DNA of 64,000 nt from NCBI GenBank assembly GCA_965218795.1, contig OZ244653.1:4800001-4864000 (forward strand), read 5' to 3'. A program made the translations under genes and the position numbers. This document shows, one piece after another, positions 52,627 through 61,691 of this stretch (position 1 is its first letter; the number at the start of each line of letters is the position of its first letter). The DNA comes from a bacterium (GTDB lineage Bacteria; UBA8248; JACPRG01; G963555815). The notes under the pieces are model-generated. The model was not told the origin of the DNA, did no database searches, and saw only the letters and a program-made list of their open reading frames with translations.

Positions 52627-52926
52627 TTGAACGCGGTGGATCTCAAGATCAGCTACATGGGCCCGCTCCGGCGGGTGATGCGATGCAACGAGGAAAGTCT
52701 CCAGCTCGCGCCCCCGATTACCGTCCGGTCCATATTGGATGAATTGATCCGGGAGCACGGGGAGCATCTGAGGGACGTCTTCTACAGCACCCAAGGCTGG
52801 ATCGATTCTCGGATCCTGTTTCTGATTGACGGGCAAAGACCGGAGGCGCGGGAGGGCCTGGACACGCCGATCAGCGGAGAAGAGAAAATTCAGATTCTCA
52901 TGGGTATCCCGATGTCCGGGGGTTGA
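52627..52926 (+). CDS. MoaD/ThiS-family ubiquitin-like sulfur carrier
   Basis: About 99-aa beta-grasp pattern (ILFLIDG, GLDTPI) ending in the di-glycine MSGG. Confidence 0.88.
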   Translation: MNAVDLKISYMGPLRRVMRCNEESLQLAPPITVRSILDELIREHGEHLRDVFYSTQGWIDSRILFLIDGQRPEAREGLDTPISGEEKIQILMGIPMSGG

Positions 52927-52954
52927 GGGTCTCCCCGGCGGAACAGGATGAGAA

Positions 52955-53455
52955 ATGCGCGATAGCGCCGTTCAACGGGTCATCGGTGGACTGAAAGAGG
53001 CCGGCGTCAGCGTGGCCTGCTACCTGCCGGATTCTTTGTTGAAAGAACTCTATCCCGCGTTGGAGCAGGATCCGGAGATTCGGACCATTCCCGTGACCAA
53101 CGAGGGCGAGGGCGCGGCGATCTGCGGAGGGATCTGGTTGTCGGGGAAGCGTTCCGTCCTCGTCATGGAGAACTCCGGCTTGCGGGCGTCGATTGAGCCC
53201 TTGGCGCGAATGGGGCTCGGCGCGGGTATCCCCGTGATCATGATCATGAGCTATCGGGGAGACCTGGGCGAGAACAACTGGTGGGCCATTCCGCACGGAC
53301 AGACCATGGAACCGCTCCTGCAAGCCATGCGAATCCCTTACCGGATCGTCAACGAGGAAAGCGGCATCGAGCAGGCCATCGTGGACGCCTACGAGTGGTC
53401 CTGTACCGCCTATTATCACTCGGCCGTGGTGCTGGGGGGGAGCGTGGTGCGGTGA
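52955..53455 (+). CDS. TPP-dependent decarboxylase alpha subunit (ComD / sulfopyruvate-phosphonopyruvate decarboxylase-like)
   Basis: LPDS, NEGEGAAICGG, VMENSG, IMSYRG. Confidence 0.88.
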   Translation: MRDSAVQRVIGGLKEAGVSVACYLPDSLLKELYPALEQDPEIRTIPVTNEGEGAAICGGIWLSGKRSVLVMENSGLRASIEPLARMGLGAGIPVIMIMSYRGDLGENNWWAIPHGQTMEPLLQAMRIPYRIVNEESGIEQAIVDAYEWSCTAYYHSAVVLGGSVVR

Positions 53456-54057
53456 GACGTTACGACTGCATGAAGATCCTGGGCTCCAGGCTCAGGGAGG
53501 AACTGGTCATCCTGGCGCTCGGCGGGAGCGTGGATGAATGGTACAACGCCGCGCCGCATATGCGGGATGCGAGCCTCTTTCAGCAGCAGCTCGGCTGCGT
53601 GACCCCCCAGGCGTTCGGGCTCGCCGTCGGGCTGCCGCACCGGAAGATCGTCTCGCTCGATACGGACGGCGGAATGCTCTTCAACCTCGGGATCCTGGCG
53701 ACTCTGGTCAATGAGCAGCCGAAAAACCTCTTCGTCGTCGTCTGGGACAATCAATGCTATTTGTCCATCGGAGGGCCGCCCACCCACACGTCCAGGCGCG
53801 CGGATATCGCGGGGATGGCCCGCGGCACCGGAATCGAGCGCGCCTATACGGTTGACAATCTGGAGGACTTCGAGCGGCTGTGCGACGAAGGTCTTCCGGC
53901 GGACGAGCTCTATCTCATCGTCGCCAAGGTCGAGCCCTCGGTCCATTCGGAGTTGAAACGGAAGCACAGCGACGGGCAGGAGGACAAGTATATCTTCGTC
54001 CGACACGTCGAGGAGACCGAGGGCGTGGTCATCATGGGACCCAGCGAGCACAACTGA
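53452..54057 (+). CDS. TPP-dependent decarboxylase beta subunit (ComE-like); GTG start overlaps the upstream stop
   Basis: GLAVG, DTDGGMLFNLG...VVWDN (variant GDG...N TPP motif), SIGGPPT. Confidence 0.85.
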   Translation: MRRYDCMKILGSRLREELVILALGGSVDEWYNAAPHMRDASLFQQQLGCVTPQAFGLAVGLPHRKIVSLDTDGGMLFNLGILATLVNEQPKNLFVVVWDNQCYLSIGGPPTHTSRRADIAGMARGTGIERAYTVDNLEDFERLCDEGLPADELYLIVAKVEPSVHSELKRKHSDGQEDKYIFVRHVEETEGVVIMGPSEHN

Positions 54058-54238
54058 CTGGGATTCGAGGTTCAGGTTCCTTTTCCATGGTGTGAGCCTG
54101 AAGCCGATTTCGATGGATTCCTTCCTGCTGGCGTGATTCCGGTCTATTCGAGAACCCTGTCTTCCGGGCTTGCGCCTGGATACGCACGGCTGCGCTGTCG
54201 AAGACATAAAGCGCGTTATTTCATCAGTTCAGGGTTTG

Positions 54239-54366
54239 TGTACAGCCAGGCGTCTTCCCGAACAAATGATATTTTGCAAAGGGGAAACGAGCTCCCCCGG
54301 ATGCCTGCCCTCGAATGTCTTCGTCGGGGGCAGAGGGGAGGAGCCGTGACAACGGCAGAGTAGGTG
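54239..54366 (+). mobile_element. IS481-like left end with SD and first transposase codons, interrupted by a REP-like insert
   Basis: TGTACAGCCAGGCGTCTTCCCGAACA matches the end at 57525 at 20/26 positions. GGAGGAGCC-GTG ACA ACG GCA GAG TAG GTG reads MTTAE*V, resembling IS481 MTTxxKV starts. Confidence 0.6.
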
Positions 54367-54737
54367 GACTCCCGCCCCCGGCGTAAGGCCAGGGGGAATG
54401 ACAGATGGGTGGGGTTGCGTGACGCTGTTTCGTCATTCCTGCCTCCTGTCGGAACCATGCAGGGGCAGGCCGCGGGAAGGACGGGTTTGGGGACGCCTCG
54501 TCAAGCGTCCTTCCCCTGGATTCCTGTTGCAGCCTGCCCTTGAATGTCTTGGTCGGGGCGGGAATGGCCGGGTTGGAGGTCGCGCGGCCCATGTTCGTCA
54601 TTCCTGCTTGCCTGCCAGCCTGTCCCCCTGGATTGCTGCAGGAGCCTGTCCTCGAAGGCTTTTATCGGGAGCGGGAATGACCGGGTTGGAGGTCACGCGG
54701 CCCATGTTCGTCATTCCTGCGAAAGCAGGAATCCAGG
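54365..54737. repeat. REP/REPIN-like array left of the Sel1 gene, including inverted-repeat arm 54484-54526 and direct-repeat unit 54627-54737
   Basis: Several TGGATTCC...GGAATGAC / GTCATTCC...GGAATCCA palindromes; a degenerate tandem unit at 54515-54608. Confidence 0.88.
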
Positions 54738-54863
54738 AAGTTGTACGCTTTCGGTTACGGATATCTCCACATCGTCCGTCCCGACAGGCATACGCCGCGG
54801 TGCGCCCCGGTCTGCTTTCATGCGTTGACTGTATCGAGGCGGGCGTCGGCGGAAGATCCCGCG

Positions 54864-57302
54864 TCACTTCCAGCAAACGACAGGAACCGTGAAGCGGCGC
54901 GCGCGGCTTGCCGCGCCCTCGCCTCCGATCCCTTTTCCGGGACTGGCCGTGTTGTAGTCGATGCCGTGAATGTCGAGGAAGCCGCGCACGATGGCCCCCT
55001 TGATCGCGAAGTTCACGTTTTGAGGGATGTCGCCGACCAGTAGCATCGTTTTCAGCGCGTTGAGCTTGGCCACCACGATCCCGATCACGTTGCCGCCCGC
55101 GTCGAGCAGCGGGCCGCCGCTGTTTCCGGGTTGGACGGGAGCCGTGATCTGGAGAACGCGCGGGTTGTCGCCGGGGCCGGCGAGCGCGCTGACAGCGCCG
55201 TCCGTGACGTTGAGGTCGCTCGCGAGCAGGCCGCGGAGAGGGAAGCCGGAGACCGTCACCGGCTCGCCGAGCTTCGCGCGGGTCGATCGGAACGCCGCGC
55301 CCATGCCGTCCGTCCGGCTGGTGGACAGCAGGGCGAGATCATCCGCCTCGCTCACCGCGCGAACGGCGGCGTCCCGGTCTTTCCCCTCGAAGGTGACGGT
55401 GAGCCGCGCGCAGCCGTCGATGACGTGACGGTTGGTGAGAACGTGGCCGCGCGCGTCGGCGAAGAACCCGCTGCCGCTCGCGGCTTTCTCGAGGTCTTGT
55501 CGTCGTTCGCCCTTGCCGGCGGGCGGACTGTCGGCCTTGCGCCCGGTCCCGCCCTCGATGCGGCGCAAAAGCGACGCGCTGAGTTCCTGCGCCCGTGAGA
55601 TCTGGGAGAGGGTCATGCGCCGCCGGATGCTGTCCTTGTTCGTGACGGCGGCTTCGCTTCCTTGCGCCGCGGCAAGGTTGTACCAGGCGTAGGCGCGGAC
55701 GTCATCCTCCGGCACGCCCTCGCCGTTGGCGTACATCACGCCGAGGTTGAGCTGGGCGTTGGCGTGTCCCTGCTCGGCGGCTCGTCGGTACCACTTCACC
55801 GCTTCTCGGTCATCCTCCGGCACGCCCTCGCCATTGGCGTACATCAGGCCGAGGTTGAATTGGGCGTCGGCGAACCCCTGCCCGGCGGCTCGTCGGAACC
55901 ACTTCACGGCTTCGCGGTCATCCTTCGGCACGCCCTCGCCGTTGTCGTACATATTGCCGAGGTTGAACTGGGCGTCGGCGTTCCCCTGCTCGGCTGCTTG
56001 TCGGTACCACTTCACGGCTTCGCGGTCGTCCTCCGGCACGCCCTCGCCATTGTCGTACATATTGCCGAGGTTGAACTGGGCGTCGGCGTTCCCCTGCTCG
56101 GCTGCTTGTCGGTACCACTTCACGGCTTCGCGGTCGTCCTTCGGCACGCCCACGCCTCCGTGGTACATCACGCCGAGCAAGTGCTGGGCAGAGGCGTTCC
56201 CCTGCTCGGCTGCACGTCGGTACCACTTCACGGCTTCGCGGTCGTCCTCCGGCACGCCCTTGCCTATGTGGTACATCAGGCCGAGGATGAGTTGGGCGCC
56301 GGCGTTCCCCTGCCCGGCGGCTCGTCGGTACCATTTCACTGCTTCGCGGTCGTCCTTCGGCACGCCCTCGCCGTTGTAGTACATCCCGCCGAGGTAGAGT
56401 TGGGCGCCGGCATCCCCCTGCCCGGCGGCTCGTCGGTACCACTTCACTGCTTCGCGGTCGTCCTTCGGCACGCCCCTGCCATTGGCGTACATCCCGCCGA
56501 GGGCAACCTGGGCGAGGGCGTTCCCCTGCCCGGCGGCTCGTCGGTACCACTTCACCGCTTCGCGGTCGTCCTTCGGCACGCCCCTGCCATTGGCGTACAT
56601 CGCGCCGAGGGTAGCCTGGGCGCTAGCGTGTCCCTGCCCGGCGGCCTTGCGGAACCACTTCACGGCCTCGCGGTCATCCTTCGGCACGCCCCTGCCCTTG
56701 ACGTACATCCCGCCGAGGGTAGCCTGGGCGAGGGCATCCCCCTGCCCGGCGGCTCGTCGGTACCACTTCACCGCTTCGCGGTCGTCCTTCGGCACGCCGC
56801 TGCCATTGGCGTACATCACGCCGAGGGCAACCTGGGCGAGGGCGAACCCCTTCTCGGCGGCTCGTCGATACCATTTCACCGCTTCGCGGTCATCCTTCGG
56901 CACGCCCCTGCCCTTGGCGTACATCGCGCCGAGGGTAGCCTGGGCGCTAGCGATCCCCTGCCCGGCGGCCTTGCGGAACCACTTCACGGCCTCGCGGTCA
57001 TCCTTCGGCACGCCCTCGCCGTTGGCGTACATCAGGCCGAGGATAGCCTGGGCGAGGGCGAACCCCTTCTCGGCGGCTCGGCGGAACAACTTCGCAGCGG
57101 CAGCGTCATCGCCCCGGTCTCGGTCTTCGATGCCCGCCTGCAAGTCGTCCGAACCCGCCTTCAGGCCCTCCGGCGTCCGGGTCCGGGGCGCCGCGCGGTC
57201 TTCCTCAAGGCCCCGCGTTGGCGGGGAACACGCTGTGAGTCCCAGAAACAGGACAAGGAGCGCGACAGCGCGGCGCGATGCGGAACGGAAATTCACTCTC
57301 AT
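54864..57302 (-). CDS. Lipoprotein with 13 Sel1-like repeats and a C-terminal trypsin-like serine protease
   Basis: Start MRVNF with signal peptide and lipobox LTAC; 36-aa AQxxLGxMYxxGxGVPxDDREAVKW repeats; catalytic triad TNRHV / DDLAL / GNSGGP. Confidence 0.92.
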   Translation of the reverse strand: MRVNFRSASRRAVALLVLFLGLTACSPPTRGLEEDRAAPRTRTPEGLKAGSDDLQAGIEDRDRGDDAAAAKLFRRAAEKGFALAQAILGLMYANGEGVPKDDREAVKWFRKAAGQGIASAQATLGAMYAKGRGVPKDDREAVKWYRRAAEKGFALAQVALGVMYANGSGVPKDDREAVKWYRRAAGQGDALAQATLGGMYVKGRGVPKDDREAVKWFRKAAGQGHASAQATLGAMYANGRGVPKDDREAVKWYRRAAGQGNALAQVALGGMYANGRGVPKDDREAVKWYRRAAGQGDAGAQLYLGGMYYNGEGVPKDDREAVKWYRRAAGQGNAGAQLILGLMYHIGKGVPEDDREAVKWYRRAAEQGNASAQHLLGVMYHGGVGVPKDDREAVKWYRQAAEQGNADAQFNLGNMYDNGEGVPEDDREAVKWYRQAAEQGNADAQFNLGNMYDNGEGVPKDDREAVKWFRRAAGQGFADAQFNLGLMYANGEGVPEDDREAVKWYRRAAEQGHANAQLNLGVMYANGEGVPEDDVRAYAWYNLAAAQGSEAAVTNKDSIRRRMTLSQISRAQELSASLLRRIEGGTGRKADSPPAGKGERRQDLEKAASGSGFFADARGHVLTNRHVIDGCARLTVTFEGKDRDAAVRAVSEADDLALLSTSRTDGMGAAFRSTRAKLGEPVTVSGFPLRGLLASDLNVTDGAVSALAGPGDNPRVLQITAPVQPGNSGGPLLDAGGNVIGIVVAKLNALKTMLLVGDIPQNVNFAIKGAIVRGFLDIHGIDYNTASPGKGIGGEGAASRARRFTVPVVCWK
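55650..57053 (-). repeat. Coding tandem repeat, 13 x 108 bp
   Basis: Near-identical 108-nt units encoding the Sel1 repeats. Confidence 0.95.
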
Positions 57303-57524
57303 GCGGCATTCCCCGAATGGCTCCCGGCTTCGGCTCCGATGGTAGCGGAACATGCTGTTTGACGGGAACCTGAAACGCATGTTGGCCGGATTCGCCTGGT
57401 TTTGGGCAAATATATCTGCTTTCGCGGCCCGGTTCCGACCGGTTTCGTCCCGTCCGGACATCACTGCTCCCTTCACCGTCTCGTTACCCTTCGGTTCGAC
57501 CTGCCGCCGGGAGCGTCCATAACG

Positions 57525-57640
57525 TGTATGACCAGGCTTCTTCCCTCACAGTTTGGATAAACTCCCTGACCGTGCGATGGGACGCCTCCCCATGTTGCGG
57601 CAGCCCTGATGAGGCCGCTCGGTGTTGTAGAACTCGACGA
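57525..57640 (-). mobile_element. IS481-family transposase 3' remnant with right end (TGT at 57525)
   Basis: The minus frame reads FVEFYNTERPHQGCRNMGRRPI, then frameshifts to TVREFIQTVREEA and ends ...GGTCATACA; homologous to 16103-16255. Confidence 0.78.
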
Positions 57641-57720
57641 AGCGTCTCGACGAGGCGTGTCTTGACGAGGCGTCTTCAGGTGCGCGTTCAGGTCCTTCCC
57701 TCGCAACCCGCCCCGTGCTG

Positions 57721-57863
57721 CCTGGATTCCTGCTGGAGCCTGTCCTCGAAGGCTTTTATCGGGGGCAGGAATGACCGGGTTGGAGGTCACGCGGCCCATG
57801 TTCGTCATTCCTGCGAAAGCAGGAATCCAGGGAAAGGAACGCTTGACGAGGCGTCCCCAAACC
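57721..57863. repeat. REP/REPIN-like unit right of the Sel1 gene (direct repeat 57721-57831, inverted arm 57820-57863)
   Basis: 107/111 identical to 54627-54737. The reverse complement of 57820-57863 matches 54484-54526, with the outer 25 nt identical. Confidence 0.92.
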
Positions 57864-58590
57864 ACGCGCCCCCTCAACTTCCACGCACCCAGGCCGGTTG
57901 TCAGCGATCAGCAACCAGTTCCTTGGATAACGTTTGAATCCGGGTTCGCAAGATTTCCCGGCTTCCCGTTCACAGAAACCAGTACGCGGCCTCCGTCCAT
58001 CCCTGTTCTATGGCATCCCTTCGTCCCGGAGAACCTCGGGTATCGTCAGGAAGGCATTTTCTTTTCCGAATCACCATTTTGACCGGAGCGATCCAATTGT
58101 CAATCCTGTCCAGGGACACGGTCCGGCGCGTTTTTTCGCTTGAACCCTCCGATTCGTATGGGACGGTATCGGCGGGCCGAACAGCCGGGAACTTCTTGCG
58201 TCAAAGCGCCGCCGGCGTGGCGAGGCGTGGCGGGAGGGCCGGTCGCCGGCTCCCGGCAAGGGTGGAGCAAAAGGTTTTTGAATCAGAGGGATTTCTTGAC
58301 CTCAAGCCTCGCAATCCACGATAATTCAACCCCCGGAAAAGATATGCCGGTTTGTTGCGCCGGCCCCATAACGGGATAGCTCATGGATGGGCGCCGCACT
58401 CCTTATTGGGATATCCTGCGATACCCTGTGTCTTGGGGTTTTCTCACCGCCGAGCTTTTCAGCGGGTCATCCCGCCGCCGTCCACATCCGTGGCCCCGGC
58501 CTGAACCAATGGAGAACGCCGGGGCAGGGGACGACGAAACGTCATTTTGAATGGAACCCGGAATCGGACCCACAAAGGGAGGTGAATTCT

Positions 58591-59760
58591 ATGTTCAGGA
58601 AATCCATCGCGGCAATGGCCGGACTGCTGGCCCTGGTGTTCTCGGGTCAGGCGCAGGCGGCGGATCCGGTCCGGATTGGATACTCGATCGCGAAGACCGG
58701 CCTGTTCTCCAAGGCGGCCCCGTCACAGATTACGGCCTATGAGCTCTGGCGGGATCAGGTGAACGCGGCGGGAGGATTGAACGTCGCCGGGGTCAAGCGT
58801 CCCGTGAAGCTCGTCTGGTACGACGACGAGTCGAACCCTGCGAAAGCGGCCCATATTTATGAAAAGCTCATCACGGACGACAAGGTGGACCTCCTGCTGG
58901 CCCCCTGGGGCACCCCCCACCACCTGAACGTGGCCGGCGTGGTGGAGAAGTACAGGTTCCCGATGGTCGGCAACACGGCCGCTTCCGTGGCCATTCGCAA
59001 GGTATCGCCGGGCTACATCTGGTTTCCGACCTCCGCCATCCCGGACCGGATCGGCAATGAGCTGGCGGCCCTGGCCAAGGCCAACGGGGTCAAGAGTGCC
59101 GCGGTGATCTCGAACGTCCTGCCGTTCTCGCAGGAGAACCGGCAGTTCCTCATTCCCGCCTTGAAGAAGGCCGGCATCGAGGTCAAGGTCAACGCGCAGT
59201 ACCCGCCCGATGTGAAAGACATGACGACGATGCTGGCGAACATCAAGAACGCGGGCGTGGACGCCGTCATCGGTCTCTCCTATCCCGCCGACTCGTTCCT
59301 CTACATGGGGCAGGCCAAAGAGCTCGGCATCCAGGCGCCGTTTCAATTTCTGCTCGTCGGGCCGACGATCGATGCGTTCGGCAAGGCCTTCGGGAAATTC
59401 GCGAACGGGATTGTAACGATTGGCCACTGGAGCCCTCATCAGAAGGCCTGGCCCAGGGGAAAGGCGTTCTTCGACGCTTACAGGGCGAAATTCAAGGGTG
59501 CGTCGCCGGACTATCTGGACACGGCCCTGGCTTACATATCGTGCGAGATCCTCCAGCAGGCGGTCGCCAAGGCGGGCCTCAATCGCCAAAAGCTGCGGGA
59601 GGTCATTGCGAACGGGACGTTCGAGACCATCAACGGCCCCATTCGATTCAAAGGCGTTCAGAACACGGTTACGCCGACCGCCTTTCTTCAAATGCAAGGC
59701 GGCGAGATGCACTTGATCTGGCCCAAGAGCATCTCGACGAGCAAGTTCCAGCCGCGGTAA
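58591..59760 (+). CDS. Liv/HAAT-family ABC substrate-binding protein
   Basis: SD GGGAGGTG, signal peptide MFRKSIAAMAG...AQA, YDDESNP, KLITDDKVDLLLAPW, FETINGPIRF. Confidence 0.92.
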   Translation: MFRKSIAAMAGLLALVFSGQAQAADPVRIGYSIAKTGLFSKAAPSQITAYELWRDQVNAAGGLNVAGVKRPVKLVWYDDESNPAKAAHIYEKLITDDKVDLLLAPWGTPHHLNVAGVVEKYRFPMVGNTAASVAIRKVSPGYIWFPTSAIPDRIGNELAALAKANGVKSAAVISNVLPFSQENRQFLIPALKKAGIEVKVNAQYPPDVKDMTTMLANIKNAGVDAVIGLSYPADSFLYMGQAKELGIQAPFQFLLVGPTIDAFGKAFGKFANGIVTIGHWSPHQKAWPRGKAFFDAYRAKFKGASPDYLDTALAYISCEILQQAVAKAGLNRQKLREVIANGTFETINGPIRFKGVQNTVTPTAFLQMQGGEMHLIWPKSISTSKFQPR

Positions 59761-59787
59761 TCCGTCGGATGGCTCGTGCCGATGAAG

Positions 59788-59830
59788 CGGGGGCGGGCGG
59801 CCGTTCGCCCGAAATGCCCGCCCGCCCCCG
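59788..59830 (+). other. 13-bp GC stem-loop between the binding-protein and permease genes (possible mRNA stabiliser or partial terminator)
   Basis: CGGGGGCGGGCGG...CCGCCCGCCCCCG with no U tract. Confidence 0.55.
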
Positions 59831-59895
59831 TCGCTGAATGATCCCGCGGCCACAGTCCGCCCCTTCCCAACCCTTCATCGGGAGTCGCGGGAACG

Positions 59896-60786
59896 TTGGA
59901 CATCATGTTTTCCGGACAATTGCTCTTTTCCGCCTTGGTGCTGGGATCCCTCTATGCCCTCATCGCCCTGGGGCTGAATCTGGTTTATGGGACCATGCAG
60001 CTGTTAAACGTCGCACACGGCGATCTGATCATGATCGGCGCGTACACCTCCTTCTGGCTGTTCACGGTGGCCGACATTCCGCCGCCGGTCTCCATGGTTC
60101 TGGCGGTCGGGATTGCCGCGGGATTCGGGGCGGCGGCCTACTACGGTTTATTCCGCCGCCAGTTGGGCTCGACCCTCACAGTTCAACGTCTGGAGGCGAA
60201 TTCGCTGCTTTTGTTCTTCGGCCTGTCCGTCGTGCTTCAAAATCTCGCGTCTCTCGCCTTCACGGCTTCCCCCCGGGCGTATCCATATCTGGACGGCGTG
60301 TACAGGTTCGGAGGGATTGCCATGACGGGCAACCGCCTCTTGGCGCTCCTGGTGAGCGTCCTGCTTTGCGTCGCCGTGATTGCGTTTCTGCGCGTGAGCA
60401 TTTACGGCCTGGCCATCAAGGCCCTGATCCAGAATCGGACCGCCGCCGCGGTGGTCGGGGTCAATGTGGGGCGCGTTCAGCTGCTGAGCTTCTGCATCGG
60501 CTTCGGCGTGGCGGGCCTCGCCGGCTCTCTCCTCAGCATGACGGAGCAAATCACGCCTTTCATGGGTTTCCCTTTCACGATTGCGGCCTTCGTCGTCATC
60601 ATTCTGGGGGGTCTGGGAAATTTATTGGGGGGCATGTTGGCGGGTCTGTTCCTGGGCTTCCTGCAGATTTACGGAGTTGCGCTGACTTCGCCGATCTACG
60701 GGGCCATCCTTCACTACGGGACTTTCGTGGCGATTCTCCTCCTGCTGCCGCAAGGGCTGCTCGGGGGCCGGAGGATCGGACGGTGA
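59896..60786 (+). CDS. LivH-like ABC permease
   Basis: YALIALGLNLVYG, NVAHG, AFVVIILGGLG. Confidence 0.93.
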   Translation: MDIMFSGQLLFSALVLGSLYALIALGLNLVYGTMQLLNVAHGDLIMIGAYTSFWLFTVADIPPPVSMVLAVGIAAGFGAAAYYGLFRRQLGSTLTVQRLEANSLLLFFGLSVVLQNLASLAFTASPRAYPYLDGVYRFGGIAMTGNRLLALLVSVLLCVAVIAFLRVSIYGLAIKALIQNRTAAAVVGVNVGRVQLLSFCIGFGVAGLAGSLLSMTEQITPFMGFPFTIAAFVVIILGGLGNLLGGMLAGLFLGFLQIYGVALTSPIYGAILHYGTFVAILLLLPQGLLGGRRIGR

Positions 60787-61691
60787 ACGGCGGATGGACG
60801 CTGACTGCGGCAGCTGTCGTCTTGACGGGCGCGCTTCTCATTCCGTGGATCGTCGGACCTTATTATCTGACAGCCGCCCTTTCGCTCTGGATGTGGGTGG
60901 CCCTGACCCAGAGCTGGATCATCCTTTCCGGCATGGGGGGTTACATTTCCCTGGGGCATGTGGTGTTTTACGGATTGGGCGCCTATGCCTCCGTTGTTTC
61001 CTGGAAGGTGCTGCCGCTCTACCTGACGATTCCACTCGCGGGTCTCGCGACCGGAATGTTCGCCTTGTGCATCGGTCCGCCCGTCCTTCGCGTGCGCGGC
61101 CCCTACTTTGTCATCTTGACATTCGGTCTGGCCGAGCTGATCAAGTTCATCGTCGTCAACGTGGAGACGGCCCTGGGACAGGCGAGTCGGCTCCTGTTCG
61201 GTACGCCGGACGTTTCCGATCTCTATTTCGTCATGCTGGGTCTGGCGGCGGCTTCGAGCCTGATGGCCTATCTCGCTCGGCGATCACGGCTCGGGCGGGG
61301 GCTCTTGGCGATCCGAGAGGACGAGGAGGCGGCCGAGACGATCGGTATCCCCGTGGCGAAGTACAAGGTCTTCGCCTACGCCGTCTCCGCCGTGATCCCG
61401 GGAATGGTCGGGGCGGTGATGGCGCTTCGATCGACCTATTTCGAGCCGTTGCAGGTCTTCAGCCCCGCGGTCTCTTTCACGGTCGTCACGATGGCCGTCA
61501 TCGGCGGCAGCGACGACGCTCGCGGTCCTCTCGTCGGTGCGGTCTTCTTGGTGGTCCTCTCCGAATTGTTGTGGGCCAACGCCCCGCAGCTTTACATGAT
61601 CATTCTCGGTGGGCTTCTCGTGGGCTTTGTCCTTTTCGCTCCTCAGGGAATCGTCGGGCGGATGACCGGACGGCGGAGGGCGCCCGGATGA
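60783..61691 (+). CDS. LivM-like ABC permease (GTG start overlaps the upstream stop)
   Basis: GYISLGH, RVRGPYF, AIREDEEAAE, MAVIGG. Confidence 0.93.
   Translation: MNGGWTLTAAAVVLTGALLIPWIVGPYYLTAALSLWMWVALTQSWIILSGMGGYISLGHVVFYGLGAYASVVSWKVLPLYLTIPLAGLATGMFALCIGPPVLRVRGPYFVILTFGLAELIKFIVVNVETALGQASRLLFGTPDVSDLYFVMLGLAAASSLMAYLARRSRLGRGLLAIREDEEAAETIGIPVAKYKVFAYAVSAVIPGMVGAVMALRSTYFEPLQVFSPAVSFTVVTMAVIGGSDDARGPLVGAVFLVVLSELLWANAPQLYMIILGGLLVGFVLFAPQGIVGRMTGRRRAPG

Noticed and set aside
54224-54892. Short ORFs containing WIPAFAGMT / VIPAKAGIQ (also at 16131-16519 and 57473-58082)
   Set aside because: These are translations of the REP palindrome, not proteins.
55650-57053. CRISPR array or DGR explanation for the regular repeats
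   Set aside because: The units are in-frame coding repeats without unique spacers, variation is not limited to adenines, and there are no cas or reverse transcriptase genes in the window.
55662-57362. Repetitive plus-strand and alternative-frame ORFs (566, 287, 217, 210 aa)
   Set aside because: By-products of the 108-bp Sel1 tandem repeat.
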